In this document: positions 9,680 through 18,571 of the stretch, in pieces
How positions within the stretch are numbered: position 1 is the first letter of the stretch
Layout: each line of letters opens with the position of its first letter
The notes under the pieces: generated by a model
Told to the model about the DNA's origin: nothing
Seen by the model: the letters and a program-made list of their open reading frames with translations, nothing else
Databases searched by the model: none
Translations under genes and position numbers: made by a program
Assembly (NCBI RefSeq): GCF_000175255.2
Contig: NC_017262.1
Location: forward strand, 540,001-572,000
Length of the DNA: 32,000 nucleotides
DNA from: Zymomonas mobilis subsp. mobilis ATCC 10988
Lineage (GTDB): Bacteria; Pseudomonadota; Alphaproteobacteria; Sphingomonadales; Sphingomonadaceae
Direction of reading: 5' to 3'

Positions 9680-9826
9680 AGCGTTTCTTTCATAGCGGAG
9701 CTATGGCCGGAGCCAAACAGGGTTTTGACAGAAAACTCTATAGAATAGTATCAACAACGCATATAATTTTCATTAAAGATAGGTTGGGTGCTGACAGAAA
9801 GGTTACACTTCGCTATCGGCTAAAAT

Positions 9827-12031
9827 ATGACCGAAGAAAACAGCAGCATAACCGCCGAGACTGTGGCCAGTCATGGCTTATCCCCCGAAGAATATGACAC
9901 CATTAAGCAGGCACTGGGCAGAACGCCTAATTTGGTGGAATTAGGCATTTTTTCTGCCATGTGGTCAGAACATTGCTCTTATAAAAGTTCAAGGAAACAT
10001 TTAAGAGAGCTGCCGACCACAGGTTCGCAAGTCATTTGCGGCCCCGGTGAGAATGCCGGTGTTGTCGATATTGGTGATGGGCAAGCCGCCATTTTCAAAA
10101 TGGAAAGCCATAATCATCCCAGTTATATCGAACCCTATCAGGGTGCCGCCACCGGCGTTGGTGGTATTTTACGAGACGTCTTTACAATGGGCGCCCGTCC
10201 GGTTGCAAATTTGAACGCGCTTCGTTTTGGCAGCCCGAAACACCCGAAAACACCGCATTTGGTTTCAGGCGTTGTCGCTGGTATTGGCGGCTATGGCAAC
10301 TGTGTTGGTGTTCCAACGGTTGGCGGTGAAGTCAATTTTCATCCGGCTTATGATGGCAATAATCTGGTGAACGCCATGACGGTTGGCGTCGCCGAAACGA
10401 ACAAGATTTTCTATTCTGCTGCATCGGGCGCAGGAAACCCGATTGTTTATGTTGGTTCTAAAACGGGTCGTGACGGTATTCACGGCGCAACGATGGCTTC
10501 TGCCGATTTTGGTAAAGATGCCGAAGAAAAACGTCCAACGGTACAGGTGGGCGATCCCTTTTCTGAAAAACTCCTTATTGAAGCCTGCTTGGAATTGATG
10601 GCGTCTGATGCCATCGTCGCTATTCAGGATATGGGCGCCGCTGGTCTCACTTCCTCTGCCGTTGAAATGGCTTCCAAGGGTGAAGTCGGCATTGAATTAG
10701 ACATGGATATGGTGCCTTGCCGCGAAGAAGGCATGACTCCTTATGAAATGATGCTTTCCGAATCACAGGAACGCATGTTGATGGTCTTAAAGCCTGGACG
10801 TGAAGCCGAGGCAGAAGCCATCTTCAAAAAATGGGAACTTGATTTTGCTATCATCGGTCGCGTCACCGACAGCAAACATATGGTTCTGACATGGAAAGGG
10901 GATATTGTTTGCGATATTCCTTTGGCACCGCTCGCCGATAATGCCCCTTGCTACGATCGCCCTTGGGTTGCAACGCCCAAAGCCAAGGCCTTAGACGTTG
11001 TTCCTGCATCCGGTTCTATCACTGACAATCTGGTAACCTTGGTCGGTTCTCCAGATCTTGCCAGCCGCCGCTGGATCTGGGAACAATATGATAATATGGT
11101 TGGTGCCGACACCGTTCAATGTCCGGGTGGTGATGCCGCGGTTGTCCGAGTCCACGGCACCGAGAAAGCCTTGGCGATGAGTGTTGATGTCACGCCGCGC
11201 TATTGCCGGGCTGATCCCGAAGAAGGCGGCAAACAGGCCGTTGCCGAATGCTATCGCAATATTACAGCGGTGGGTGCTTTGCCTTTGGCTTCAACGGACT
11301 GCCTGAATTTCGGTAATCCTGAACGCCCTGAAATTATGGGTCAAATCGTCGGTGCGATTAAAGGAATCGGTGAAGCCTGCCGCGCCTTGGATATGCCCAT
11401 CGTTTCAGGCAATGTTTCACTCTATAATGAAACACGTCAGGATGATAGTAGTAGCCTTGCTATTTTGCCCACGCCTACAATCGGTGGTGTCGGCCTTCTG
11501 CAGGATTGGCGGGATAGCACAACCATTGCCTTTAAAAATACCGGCGAAGAAATCTATCTGGTCGGTAATAGCGGCCAAGGCCATTTAGGTCAGTCGATCT
11601 GGCTGCGTGAAATAGCCGGTCGTGAGGAAGGTACCGCCCCATCCGTTGATCTGGCACAGGAAAAAGCCACGGGCGATTTTATCCGTGCTATGATTCAGGA
11701 CGGAATGCTCTGCGCTGTTCATGACATCAGTGATGGTGGCTTGGCAGTTGCTTTGGCTGAAATGGCTTTGGCGGGTAATATCGGCGCTACTGTCGAAGCG
11801 CATGATAAAGCCATTGCAGAACATGCCTATTATTTCGGTGAAGATCAGGGACGCTATTTGGTCTCTTCGACCAATGCCGTAGCTTTGGTTTCTGCCGCTG
11901 AAAAAGCAGGTATTCCGGTATTCCGTTTGGGTGTCACGGGTGGCGATGCTGTAGTTTTAAACAGCCAGTCGGTTTCACTTGAAAAATTACGGAAATCTCA
12001 TGAGGCTTTTCTGCCTGAATTGATGCAATAA
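9827..12031 (+). CDS. purL: phosphoribosylformylglycinamidine synthase subunit PurL (FGAM synthase II)
   Basis: 734 aa, the small-PurL architecture. Motifs [18 protein letters not shown] and duplicated AIR-synthase-like domains. Confidence 0.95.
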   Translation: MTEENSSITAETVASHGLSPEEYDTIKQALGRTPNLVELGIFSAMWSEHCSYKSSRKHLRELPTTGSQVICGPGENAGVVDIGDGQAAIFKMESHNHPSYIEPYQGAATGVGGILRDVFTMGARPVANLNALRFGSPKHPKTPHLVSGVVAGIGGYGNCVGVPTVGGEVNFHPAYDGNNLVNAMTVGVAETNKIFYSAASGAGNPIVYVGSKTGRDGIHGATMASADFGKDAEEKRPTVQVGDPFSEKLLIEACLELMASDAIVAIQDMGAAGLTSSAVEMASKGEVGIELDMDMVPCREEGMTPYEMMLSESQERMLMVLKPGREAEAEAIFKKWELDFAIIGRVTDSKHMVLTWKGDIVCDIPLAPLADNAPCYDRPWVATPKAKALDVVPASGSITDNLVTLVGSPDLASRRWIWEQYDNMVGADTVQCPGGDAAVVRVHGTEKALAMSVDVTPRYCRADPEEGGKQAVAECYRNITAVGALPLASTDCLNFGNPERPEIMGQIVGAIKGIGEACRALDMPIVSGNVSLYNETRQDDSSSLAILPTPTIGGVGLLQDWRDSTTIAFKNTGEEIYLVGNSGQGHLGQSIWLREIAGREEGTAPSVDLAQEKATGDFIRAMIQDGMLCAVHDISDGGLAVALAEMALAGNIGATVEAHDKAIAEHAYYFGEDQGRYLVSSTNAVALVSAAEKAGIPVFRLGVTGGDAVVLNSQSVSLEKLRKSHEAFLPELMQ

Positions 12032-12053
12032 ATAGCCCTTAAAAACGGATATT

Positions 12054-12090
12054 AAAAAGGGCTTGGATTTTTCCAAGCCCTTTCTTTTTT
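12054..12090. terminator. bidirectional rho-independent terminator between convergent purL and ugd
   Basis: AAAAA-GGGCTTGGA-tttt-TCCAAGCCC-TTTCTTTTTT: a 9-bp GC-rich stem flanked by an A-run and a T-run. Confidence 0.7.
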
Positions 12091-12110
12091 CAATAACCAA
12101 ACTTCAATTT

Positions 12111-13424
12111 TTACCCTGCATGGGGTCGGCCAATGCCATGATAAACCAGTCCAGCCTTTTTCGCTTCTTCTTCCGTGTAAATATTCCGAAGGTCGAGTAA
12201 TAATGGTGTTTTCAGCAATCCGGCGATACGCTTCAAATCCAATGCTCGAAAAGCATCCCACTCTGTAACAATCACCAAAGCTTCGGCCTTTTCTGCGACT
12301 TTATAAGGCTCATCTTCAAAAACAACATTCGGCAATAACGGGCGCGCCTGCACCATACCTTCTGGGTCATAGGCATGAATAATCGCTCCCGCATCTTCTA
12401 ATCCCTGAATAAGGGCTAAAGAAGGCGCATCACGCATGTCATCGGTATTTGGCTTAAACGTTAACCCTAAAAGACCAATTTTTTGGCCTCTCATATCTTT
12501 GCCAATCGCCTGTAAAACCTTCCGGGCCATCGCTCTTTTGCGAATATTGTTGGCGGTCACGACTGATTCCACCACACGCAGAGGGGTTGCAAAATTTTCG
12601 GCCGTTTTCAAAAGGGCTAAGGTATCTTTTGGGAAACAAGACCCTCCATATCCGGGGCCTGCATGTAAAAATTTGGAACCAATACGATTGTCCGCACCAA
12701 TCCCACGGGCAACATCTTGAACATCCCCGCCAACCGCTTCACATAAATCAGCCATTTCGTTGATAAAGGTAATCTTCGTCGCCAAAAAAGCATTGGAAGC
12801 ATATTTTATTAATTCAGCCGATCGACGACTGGTAAATAAAATAGGCGACTGGTTCAGATAGAGCGGCCTATAAATTTCCTGCATAATCTCGCGGGCTTCA
12901 GGATTTTCTGTCCCGATAACAATACGATCAGGACGCTTAAAATCGCCAATAGCCGCACCTTCCCGTAAAAATTCAGGATTAGATGCTACCCAGATTTTTT
13001 TATCAGGCGCAATTTCTCGGATAATACGCTCGACTTCGTCCCCCGTCCCCACAGGAACCGTTGATTTATCGACCACCACCGTATTGTCTGAAACAGAAGC
13101 GGCTATTTCTTTCGCCGCTGCAAAAACATAGGATAAATCAGCATGGCCATCGCCTCGACGTGAAGGTGTGCCCACTGCAATAAAAACCGCATCCGCGTCT
13201 TTAACAGAAGAAGCCAAATCGTTGGAGAAGGAAAGCCGCCCAGCCTTAACATTATTGGCAACCATATCCGCAAGACCCGGCTCATAAATCGGCATAACGC
13301 CTTTTTGTAATAGCGCTATCTTCTCTTGGTCATGGTCAACACAGATGACATTATGACCGAAATCAGAAAAACAGGCGCCGGAAACCAGCCCGACATAGCC
13401 GGAACCGATCATGGTAATGCGCAT
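12111..13424 (-). CDS. ugd: UDP-glucose 6-dehydrogenase
   Basis: 437 aa with the N-terminal Rossmann motif MIGSGYVGLVSG, the catalytic-Cys motif GGSCFPKD, and a GAGAAGGA Shine-Dalgarno upstream. Confidence 0.92.
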   Translation of the reverse strand: MRITMIGSGYVGLVSGACFSDFGHNVICVDHDQEKIALLQKGVMPIYEPGLADMVANNVKAGRLSFSNDLASSVKDADAVFIAVGTPSRRGDGHADLSYVFAAAKEIAASVSDNTVVVDKSTVPVGTGDEVERIIREIAPDKKIWVASNPEFLREGAAIGDFKRPDRIVIGTENPEAREIMQEIYRPLYLNQSPILFTSRRSAELIKYASNAFLATKITFINEMADLCEAVGGDVQDVARGIGADNRIGSKFLHAGPGYGGSCFPKDTLALLKTAENFATPLRVVESVVTANNIRKRAMARKVLQAIGKDMRGQKIGLLGLTFKPNTDDMRDAPSLALIQGLEDAGAIIHAYDPEGMVQARPLLPNVVFEDEPYKVAEKAEALVIVTEWDAFRALDLKRIAGLLKTPLLLDLRNIYTEEEAKKAGLVYHGIGRPHAG

Positions 13425-13636
13425 AAAATTCTTATCCTTCTCCAGACCTGAACGGATAGCGCCTTATTCAGGTTTTGCTCTTTAGTCTTTTGCTAAAGTC
13501 ATTTTTCCAAGACGAGCATAAAAGGGCTGGAGATTTTTCAGAAAGCAAGAATTCCTCCCCTTCCGATCTATCTCCTAAAAAGCCCTCAAATCAGTTTATA
13601 AAAAGAAAACTGTGACAGGGATATGAATAGAAAGGA

Positions 13637-13993
13637 TCAATCCCCTAGATATTCAGCCCAACAATGGGGTGTTTCATAAACGGTAACGGCCGCCAACAGC
13701 GGCAAATCATTTTTGATTTTACGCCATATCCACTGGGAAATATTTTCAGCTGTTGGATTTTCCAAACCCGGAATATCATTCAAACAATAATGATCGAGCT
13801 GTTTCAGTACAGGGCCAAAGATATGCTCGACATCAAAAAAATCGACAACAAAACCGGTTTCAGGATTAACGGCCCCTTCCAGTCGCAACTCAACCCGATA
13901 ACTATGACCGTGTAACCGACGGCAACGATGGGTTTCCGGCACATGCGGCAGACGATGCGCGGCCTCGAAAGTAAAGGCTTGCGTGATTCTCAT
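13637..13993 (-). CDS. queD: 6-carboxy-5,6,7,8-tetrahydropterin synthase (queuosine biosynthesis)
   Basis: 118 aa in the PTPS/QueD size class, with the CxxxHGHSY zinc/catalytic motif (CRRLHGHSYRVEL) and a conserved C-terminal ETP. Confidence 0.88.
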   Translation of the reverse strand: MRITQAFTFEAAHRLPHVPETHRCRRLHGHSYRVELRLEGAVNPETGFVVDFFDVEHIFGPVLKQLDHYCLNDIPGLENPTAENISQWIWRKIKNDLPLLAAVTVYETPHCWAEYLGD

Positions 13994-14163
13994 ATTTTTC
14001 TCGTGTCAGGTTAGAAGTTGATTCTTCGGTGAATAACCGGAACTCTCAAAATAATATAAGCCTTATAGCGACAAATCCTCGGAATATGCGTCTTTTTTCA
14101 CTTTAATTTAAATAAACTAAATATCAAACTTTTTATTGTGAAGGAAAAATGCTCAATAAAATT

Positions 14164-14182
14164 GCTAATGATAGTATTTTGC
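14164..14182. promoter_or_regulatory. Fur-box-like 19-mer upstream of the Cys/His-rich mini-protein gene
   Basis: GCTAATGATAGTATTTTGC matches the classical Fur consensus GATAATGATAATCATTATC at 13 of 19 positions (9 of the first 10). It lies 66 nt upstream of the ATG at 14248. The AT-rich context makes a chance match plausible. Confidence 0.25.
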
Positions 14183-14247
14183 AATAGACAGCCCTAAAAA
14201 GCTCTGCTAGATTTCAAATACCCACTAAGAATGATGAAGGCAGGAAA

Positions 14248-14448
14248 ATGCGGAATTTAATGTCACTTTTTGTTGCAGCGGGTATTTTGGCGATGGCACC
14301 GGCAAGCTATGCTCAGGCGTCCGCACCGAAATCAGCAAAAATGAAATGTCAGTGTCATTGTAAAAAAGGATGCTGTCATCACCATTCCGATCATCGAATG
14401 CATCATCACGATGAACCCAGTCCCAACACTCCAAAAACTGAAAGCTGA
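14248..14448 (+). CDS. small Sec-exported Cys/His-rich (metallothionein-like) putative metal-binding protein
   Basis: 66 aa. Signal peptide MRNLMSLFVAAGILAMAPASYAQA with an AQA cleavage motif. The mature ~42 aa contain CQCHCKKGCCHHHSDHRMHHH (5 Cys, 8 His). A GAAGG lies 7 nt upstream, and the gene has its own strong terminator. Confidence 0.6.
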   Translation: MRNLMSLFVAAGILAMAPASYAQASAPKSAKMKCQCHCKKGCCHHHSDHRMHHHDEPSPNTPKTES

Positions 14449-14505
14449 TCTCTGATGTCCTAATTCTACCTTACCCTACTCTTTGCAGAATATAGTCAAC
14501 CCGAT

Positions 14506-14540
14506 AAAAGCCGGATATTTATATCCGGCTTTTATTGTTT
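14506..14540 (+). terminator. rho-independent terminator of the Cys/His mini-protein gene
   Basis: AAAAGCCGGATAT-tt-ATATCCGGCTTTT followed by ATTGTTT: a near-perfect 13-nt inverted repeat with a T-rich tail. Confidence 0.75.
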
Positions 14541-14659
14541 CAGCACTTAGCCTGATAGATTATCTTCTAGAAGAAGGATCACTCTGGATTGATTTTTTCA
14601 TCGACAAAAAGATCAGCTCATGACATTTTCTACACTGATCCTTTCAGGAGAATTTTTTA

Positions 14660-14899
14660 ATGCGTATTCTGCTCTCAGCTTTAACCGCCTTGGCGGTTGT
14701 TACCACCACCGCCGCCCCTGCATTCAGCGCACCTTGCCGCGATGGTCGTGGCCGTTTTGTCAAATGCGACGCTAGAAGACCCCTCCCGCCAAAACGCTGC
14801 CGCGATGGCCGCGGTAAATTCGCCAAATGCGATCTTGGTCGTGATGGCGACCGTCGCGGGCCTCGTGATGATCGCGGGCCTGACAATCGCGGCCGTTAA
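14660..14899 (+). CDS. small secreted, strongly cationic protein with a tandem CRDGRG(R/K)F(V/A)KCD repeat
   Basis: 79 aa. AGGAG lies 9 nt upstream of the ATG. Hydrophobic signal-like N-terminus MRILLSALTALAVVTTTAAPAFSA. Two 12-aa Cys-bracketed repeats are spaced 21 aa apart, followed by an Arg/Asp/Gly-rich tail. A terminator follows directly. This frame is chosen over three competing ORFs in the same GC-rich patch. Confidence 0.6.
   Translation: MRILLSALTALAVVTTTAAPAFSAPCRDGRGRFVKCDARRPLPPKRCRDGRGKFAKCDLGRDGDRRGPRDDRGPDNRGR
14735..14833 (+). repeat. 63-nt-period direct repeat inside the small secreted protein gene
   Basis: TGCCGCGATGGTCGTGGCCGTTTTGTCAAATGCGAC (14735-14770) versus TGCCGCGATGGCCGCGGTAAATTCGCCAAATGCGAT (14798-14833). 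Most of the differences are synonymous. Confidence 0.8.
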
Positions 14900-14908
14900 T
14901 CCGGCAAA

Positions 14909-14937
14909 GGGGCTGACCAAGGTCAGCCTCTTTTTTT
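14909..14937 (+). terminator. rho-independent terminator shared by convergent genes (small secreted protein gene / rmuC)
   Basis: GGGGCTGACC-aa-GGTCAGCCTC followed by TTTTTTT. The T-run overlaps the rmuC stop codon at 14936-14938. Confidence 0.6.
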
Positions 14938-16282
14938 ACTCTTTATCCTCCATTCTTGGCGTAATTTCCAAGATGGGTGGTTCTTTGATCTCCTGTTCTT
15001 TGGTCTCAATATTCAATTCGCGAAATTTACGCGCCGTCACCAAAACACGGGATTCGAAAGAGCCGACAAATTTATTATAATTTTTAACGCTATTTTCTAA
15101 ACTATTGCCCAAAGCCCGCATATGGGCATCAACCTTGGCAATGCGTTCATATAACTCTTTACCTAATTCACCGATTTTTCTTGCATTATGGGCAATATCC
15201 TCTTGCCTCCAAACAGCCGCTACCGTGCGGGCAATGGCAATCAAATTCGTTGGCGTTGCCAATAACACCCGCTTTTGAAAGGCATATTCCCATAGATTAT
15301 GGTCTTGCTCCAAAGCAGCGGATAAGAAATGCTCACCCGGAATAAACATGATGACGTAATCGGGGGCTTCTTTGAACTGATCCCAATAATTTTTCTGGCT
15401 CAATCCATCAATATGCGCTTTGATTGCCTTGCTATGAGCTTGCAAATAAAGCTGCCTTTTATCCTCATCGACCGCATCATAGGCATCCTGATAGGCATTC
15501 AGGGAAACCTTGGAATCCACGACCAAAATCGAACCATTCGGGATTCGGATAATCGCATCTGGCCTTAACCGGCCTTTTTCACTATTAACGCTGACTTCGG
15601 TTTCAAAATCGACATATTCACTTAAACCACAGCTTTCCAAGACATTGCGAAGCTGCTGTTCGCCCCAACATCCACGCGCTTTTGGAGCCGTTCTCAACGC
15701 ATTGACCAGCTTATTGGCCTCGTTTTTAACGGCTTCTTGTCCCTCTCTCATGGTAGAAACCAATGCCGTCAGACTACCATATTCCGTCTGTCTTAACTGC
15801 TCCGCTTCTTTTACCGAGGCTTCATAGCGTTTCAGACTGTCTTTTACGGGTTGTAATAATAATTCAAGCTTGGCCTCACCCTCGCGCTCGGATTTAGCAA
15901 AGCGCATCTGGGCTTGTTCCAAAAATTGGCCATGGGCTTTTTCAAGGGTTTTCGCCGCCAAACTATCAAATTTCTGCGACAGAGCGTCTTCCGTGGCCTT
16001 CAACTGTTCAATTTGTTGGCGATAAGCTTTTTCGCGCTCTTCTTCGCCACGCTTATTGGCAGCCTGCTCCGCCATCAATAGCGAAGCTTTTTCGCGCCAG
16101 CTTTCTACCGCCTGTTCCAAAGCCGGTATTCTTCTTGCCTGTTCTTCTGCTTTTGCCCCTTCCAAGACCCGTGCCTGCAAGCCATCTAAGGCTGTTTTTT
16201 GTTGCCGGATATACCAAAGAAGCGGCAAGCCTGCGATTATCAACCCGAATAAAAAAGCCAGAAAAGGCAAAAAAGCGGTCAT
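14936..16282 (-). CDS. rmuC: DNA recombination protein RmuC
   Basis: 448 aa with an N-terminal TM, a ~200 aa Glu/Lys/Ala-rich coiled coil, and a C-terminal RmuC nuclease-like domain (RPDAIIRIPNG, VVDSK, VIMFIPGEHFL). Confidence 0.88.
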   Translation of the reverse strand: MTAFLPFLAFLFGLIIAGLPLLWYIRQQKTALDGLQARVLEGAKAEEQARRIPALEQAVESWREKASLLMAEQAANKRGEEEREKAYRQQIEQLKATEDALSQKFDSLAAKTLEKAHGQFLEQAQMRFAKSEREGEAKLELLLQPVKDSLKRYEASVKEAEQLRQTEYGSLTALVSTMREGQEAVKNEANKLVNALRTAPKARGCWGEQQLRNVLESCGLSEYVDFETEVSVNSEKGRLRPDAIIRIPNGSILVVDSKVSLNAYQDAYDAVDEDKRQLYLQAHSKAIKAHIDGLSQKNYWDQFKEAPDYVIMFIPGEHFLSAALEQDHNLWEYAFQKRVLLATPTNLIAIARTVAAVWRQEDIAHNARKIGELGKELYERIAKVDAHMRALGNSLENSVKNYNKFVGSFESRVLVTARKFRELNIETKEQEIKEPPILEITPRMEDKE

Positions 16283-16300
16283 TCTCTATCCATTTTAAAA

Positions 16301-16354
16301 AGAAGCCGGAAGGCAAAAACAAGGTTCAAGCTTTCCGGTCACAGGCTTCTTTTG
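16301..16354 (-). terminator. possible terminator/attenuator hairpin between def and rmuC
   Basis: AGAAGCC (16301-16307) pairs with GGCTTCT (16344-16350), with inner GGAA/TTCC pairs. Short T-runs lie on both strands. The structure is imperfect. Confidence 0.3.
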
Positions 16355-16366
16355 ATTCTCAGAAAC

Positions 16367-16900
16367 TCAGTAGGAATCTTCCCGTAATTTCCGCTCTTTC
16401 AACAGTTTCTTCATCAACATGCCACGCTTCAACCGCGATAAATGATCAATGAATAAAATGCCTTCCAAGTGATCCATTTCATGCTGAAGACAGGTTGCCA
16501 ACAAACCTTCAATCCGCTCTTCATGGAAATTACCGTCTCTATCCTGCCATTTGGCATTGATAACGGAAGGTCTTCTCACTTCGGCATATTGATCGGGGAC
16601 AGATAGACAGCCTTCATTATAAAGGCGTTTTTCTTCGCCTTCCGGTGTCAATTCGGGATTGATAAAGACCATCGGGTTGCGCTTGGCTTCGCCACCTTCT
16701 TCGGGCTGCTGTAAATCAATTACCAATAATCTTTTGGCAACGCCGACCTGAATAGCCGCCAATCCGATGCCGGGGGCTTTATACATAGTTTCAAACATGT
16801 CATCGATCAGACGCTGCAAATTGTCGTCAAAGACTTCGACCACAGTCGATTTTTCACGCAAACGCGGATCAGGTACTTCCAGAATGGGCAATAAAGCCAT
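16367..16900 (-). CDS. def: peptide deformylase
   Basis: The three PDF motifs are present: [17 protein letters not shown] and HEMDHL. I prefer the start [14 protein letters not shown] at 16900. The ORF-track start at 16945 would overlap recR and adds non-conserved residues. Confidence 0.93.
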   Translation of the reverse strand: MALLPILEVPDPRLREKSTVVEVFDDNLQRLIDDMFETMYKAPGIGLAAIQVGVAKRLLVIDLQQPEEGGEAKRNPMVFINPELTPEGEEKRLYNEGCLSVPDQYAEVRRPSVINAKWQDRDGNFHEERIEGLLATCLQHEMDHLEGILFIDHLSRLKRGMLMKKLLKERKLREDSY

Positions 16901-16922
16901 AATTACTTTCTCAAAATAAAGG

Positions 16923-17519
16923 TCATGATACAGGTCGTCTGGCACGCAAAGCTTGCGCTAAAGTGCCATCATCTAAATAGTCAAGCTCCCCTCCTACAGG
17001 AAGACCATGCGCCAATTGGGTAATTCTTACCGGATATTTTTCTAAACAATCCGTTATATAATGCGCGGTCGTCTGGCCTTCTAACGTGGCATTCATGGCC
17101 AAGACAACCTCTTTAATTTTTCCCGATTGAACCCGCTTCACAAGGGCATCAATCGACAGATCTTCGGGCGTTATCCCATCCAAGGCCGATAACCGCCCGC
17201 CAAGGACATGAAAGCGTCCCGCAAATAGACGTGACCGATCAAGCGCCCATAAATCAGCAACCTCTTCAACCACACACAGCAAGGCATCATCCCGCTTGGG
17301 GTCGGAACAGATCGAACAAGGATTGCAGCTATCAATATTGCCACATTCGGGGCAGATAACCAGCGACTGCTGCACCTCATCCAAAGCCTGCGCCAGATTA
17401 TAAAGTGCGGTTTCTCTCTTTTTAATCAGATACAACGCCGCCCGCCTTGCTGATCGCGGGCCCAATCCGGGCATAACAGCCAGACTCTTGATAAGATTTT
17501 CTATAGGAGAAGCAGACAT
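16923..17519 (-). CDS. recR: recombination protein RecR
   Basis: 198 aa with an N-terminal HhH region, a Cys4 zinc finger [16 protein letters not shown], and a Toprim domain. Confidence 0.95.
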
Positions 17520-17665
17520 CTTTTATCAGATAAACCTTTATACAAAAATCGGTAGGGGCTTTCCGGCAGATAAAAAGCCAAAAATGCGGTTATTTTTTAA
17601 GTATTTGTAAAATTACCGCTATTCACCGCTTGCAATATGCGGCCATGCGCGCTTTTTCTCGCAAC

Positions 17666-18571
17666 ATGAAAATTATTTTTATGGGAACCCCCGATTTCGC
17701 CCTACCGACATTAAACGCCTTGGTTGATGCCGGACATGAGATAGTGGCTGTCTATTCCCAGCCCGCCAGACCTGCCGGACGCGGCAAAGCACCCCGCCCT
17801 TCTCCGGTTGAAAAACGGGCAAGGGAATTGGGCTTAAATGTCTATACGCCTGTTTCTCTGAAAGAAGCCGAAACACAGAAAATATTTGCTGATCACCAAG
17901 CCGATGTTGCGGTTGTCGCGGCCTATGGCCTGTTATTACCCAAGGCCATTCTTGAAATGCCGCGCCTTGGTTGTTTAAATGTGCATGGCTCTCTTCTCCC
18001 AAAATGGCGCGGCGCAGCCCCTGTCCAACGGGCGATCCTTGCTGGTGATCAAGAAAGCGGCGTAACTATCATGCAGATGGATCGCGGCCTTGATACCGGA
18101 GCAATGCTCAAAATAGAAAAAACGCCGATAGCGGATAAAAATGCGGGTGCTCTTTCGGACGAAATTGCCCATATCGGGGCAAAATTGATGGTCGAAGTGC
18201 TGGCACAGCCGGAACAATATCCGCCCGTCAAACAACCGGAAAGCGGCGAAAGCTACGCCGCTAAAATTGACAAAAGTGAAGCCTTAATCGACTTTTCCAA
18301 AGGTGCCGTGCAGACTGAACGGCAAATCCGCGCTTTTGCCCCCAAACCTGGGGCATTCTTCCTTTATAACGAGGAAAGAATACGCATCTTGGAAGCCCAT
18401 GTCCAAAATCAGGCCGGTGCCGTTGGTGAAACGCTCGATGATCATCTGTTAATCGGCTGTGGCAGCGATTCTCTCCAACCGGTCATTGTCCAGCGCGCCG
18501 GACGAAAAGCCATGAAACTGGAAGATATGCTGCGCGGTTTCGCCATTCCACGGGGAACGCGTCTTTCATGA
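17666..18571 (+). CDS. fmt: methionyl-tRNA formyltransferase
   Basis: Canonical N-terminus [12 protein letters not shown] at 17666, where the ORF track starts 12 codons earlier. Contains the [13 protein letters not shown] motif. Confidence 0.93.
   Translation: MKIIFMGTPDFALPTLNALVDAGHEIVAVYSQPARPAGRGKAPRPSPVEKRARELGLNVYTPVSLKEAETQKIFADHQADVAVVAAYGLLLPKAILEMPRLGCLNVHGSLLPKWRGAAPVQRAILAGDQESGVTIMQMDRGLDTGAMLKIEKTPIADKNAGALSDEIAHIGAKLMVEVLAQPEQYPPVKQPESGESYAAKIDKSEALIDFSKGAVQTERQIRAFAPKPGAFFLYNEERIRILEAHVQNQAGAVGETLDDHLLIGCGSDSLQPVIVQRAGRKAMKLEDMLRGFAIPRGTRLS

Noticed and set aside
13447-13480. Hairpin CCTGAA...TTCAGG followed by TTTTGCTCTTT on the plus strand in the ugd/queD intergenic region
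   Set aside because: It looks like a terminator only on the plus strand, where no gene precedes it. On the minus strand it lacks a U-tail, so it is not a queD terminator. It may be a ugd 5'-leader structure, but the evidence is too thin to call.
14644-15080. Three further ORFs (14644-14886 minus, 14681-14920 minus, 14697-15080 plus) overlapping the small secreted protein gene
   Set aside because: They are a typical artefact of a locally GC-rich, stop-poor patch. They lack a Shine-Dalgarno or signal features, one runs into the antisense strand of rmuC, and only the 14660-14899 frame has an RBS, a signal peptide and a terminator.
16901-16945. N-terminal extensions proposed by the longest-ORF track for def (16945), fmt (17630), rsmH (7054, TTG), the ABC fusion (27883) and the DUF167 gene (19302, TTG)
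   Set aside because: In each case an internal ATG reproduces the canonical family N-terminus or removes an overlap with the upstream gene, and some have a better Shine-Dalgarno. The extensions add non-conserved residues.
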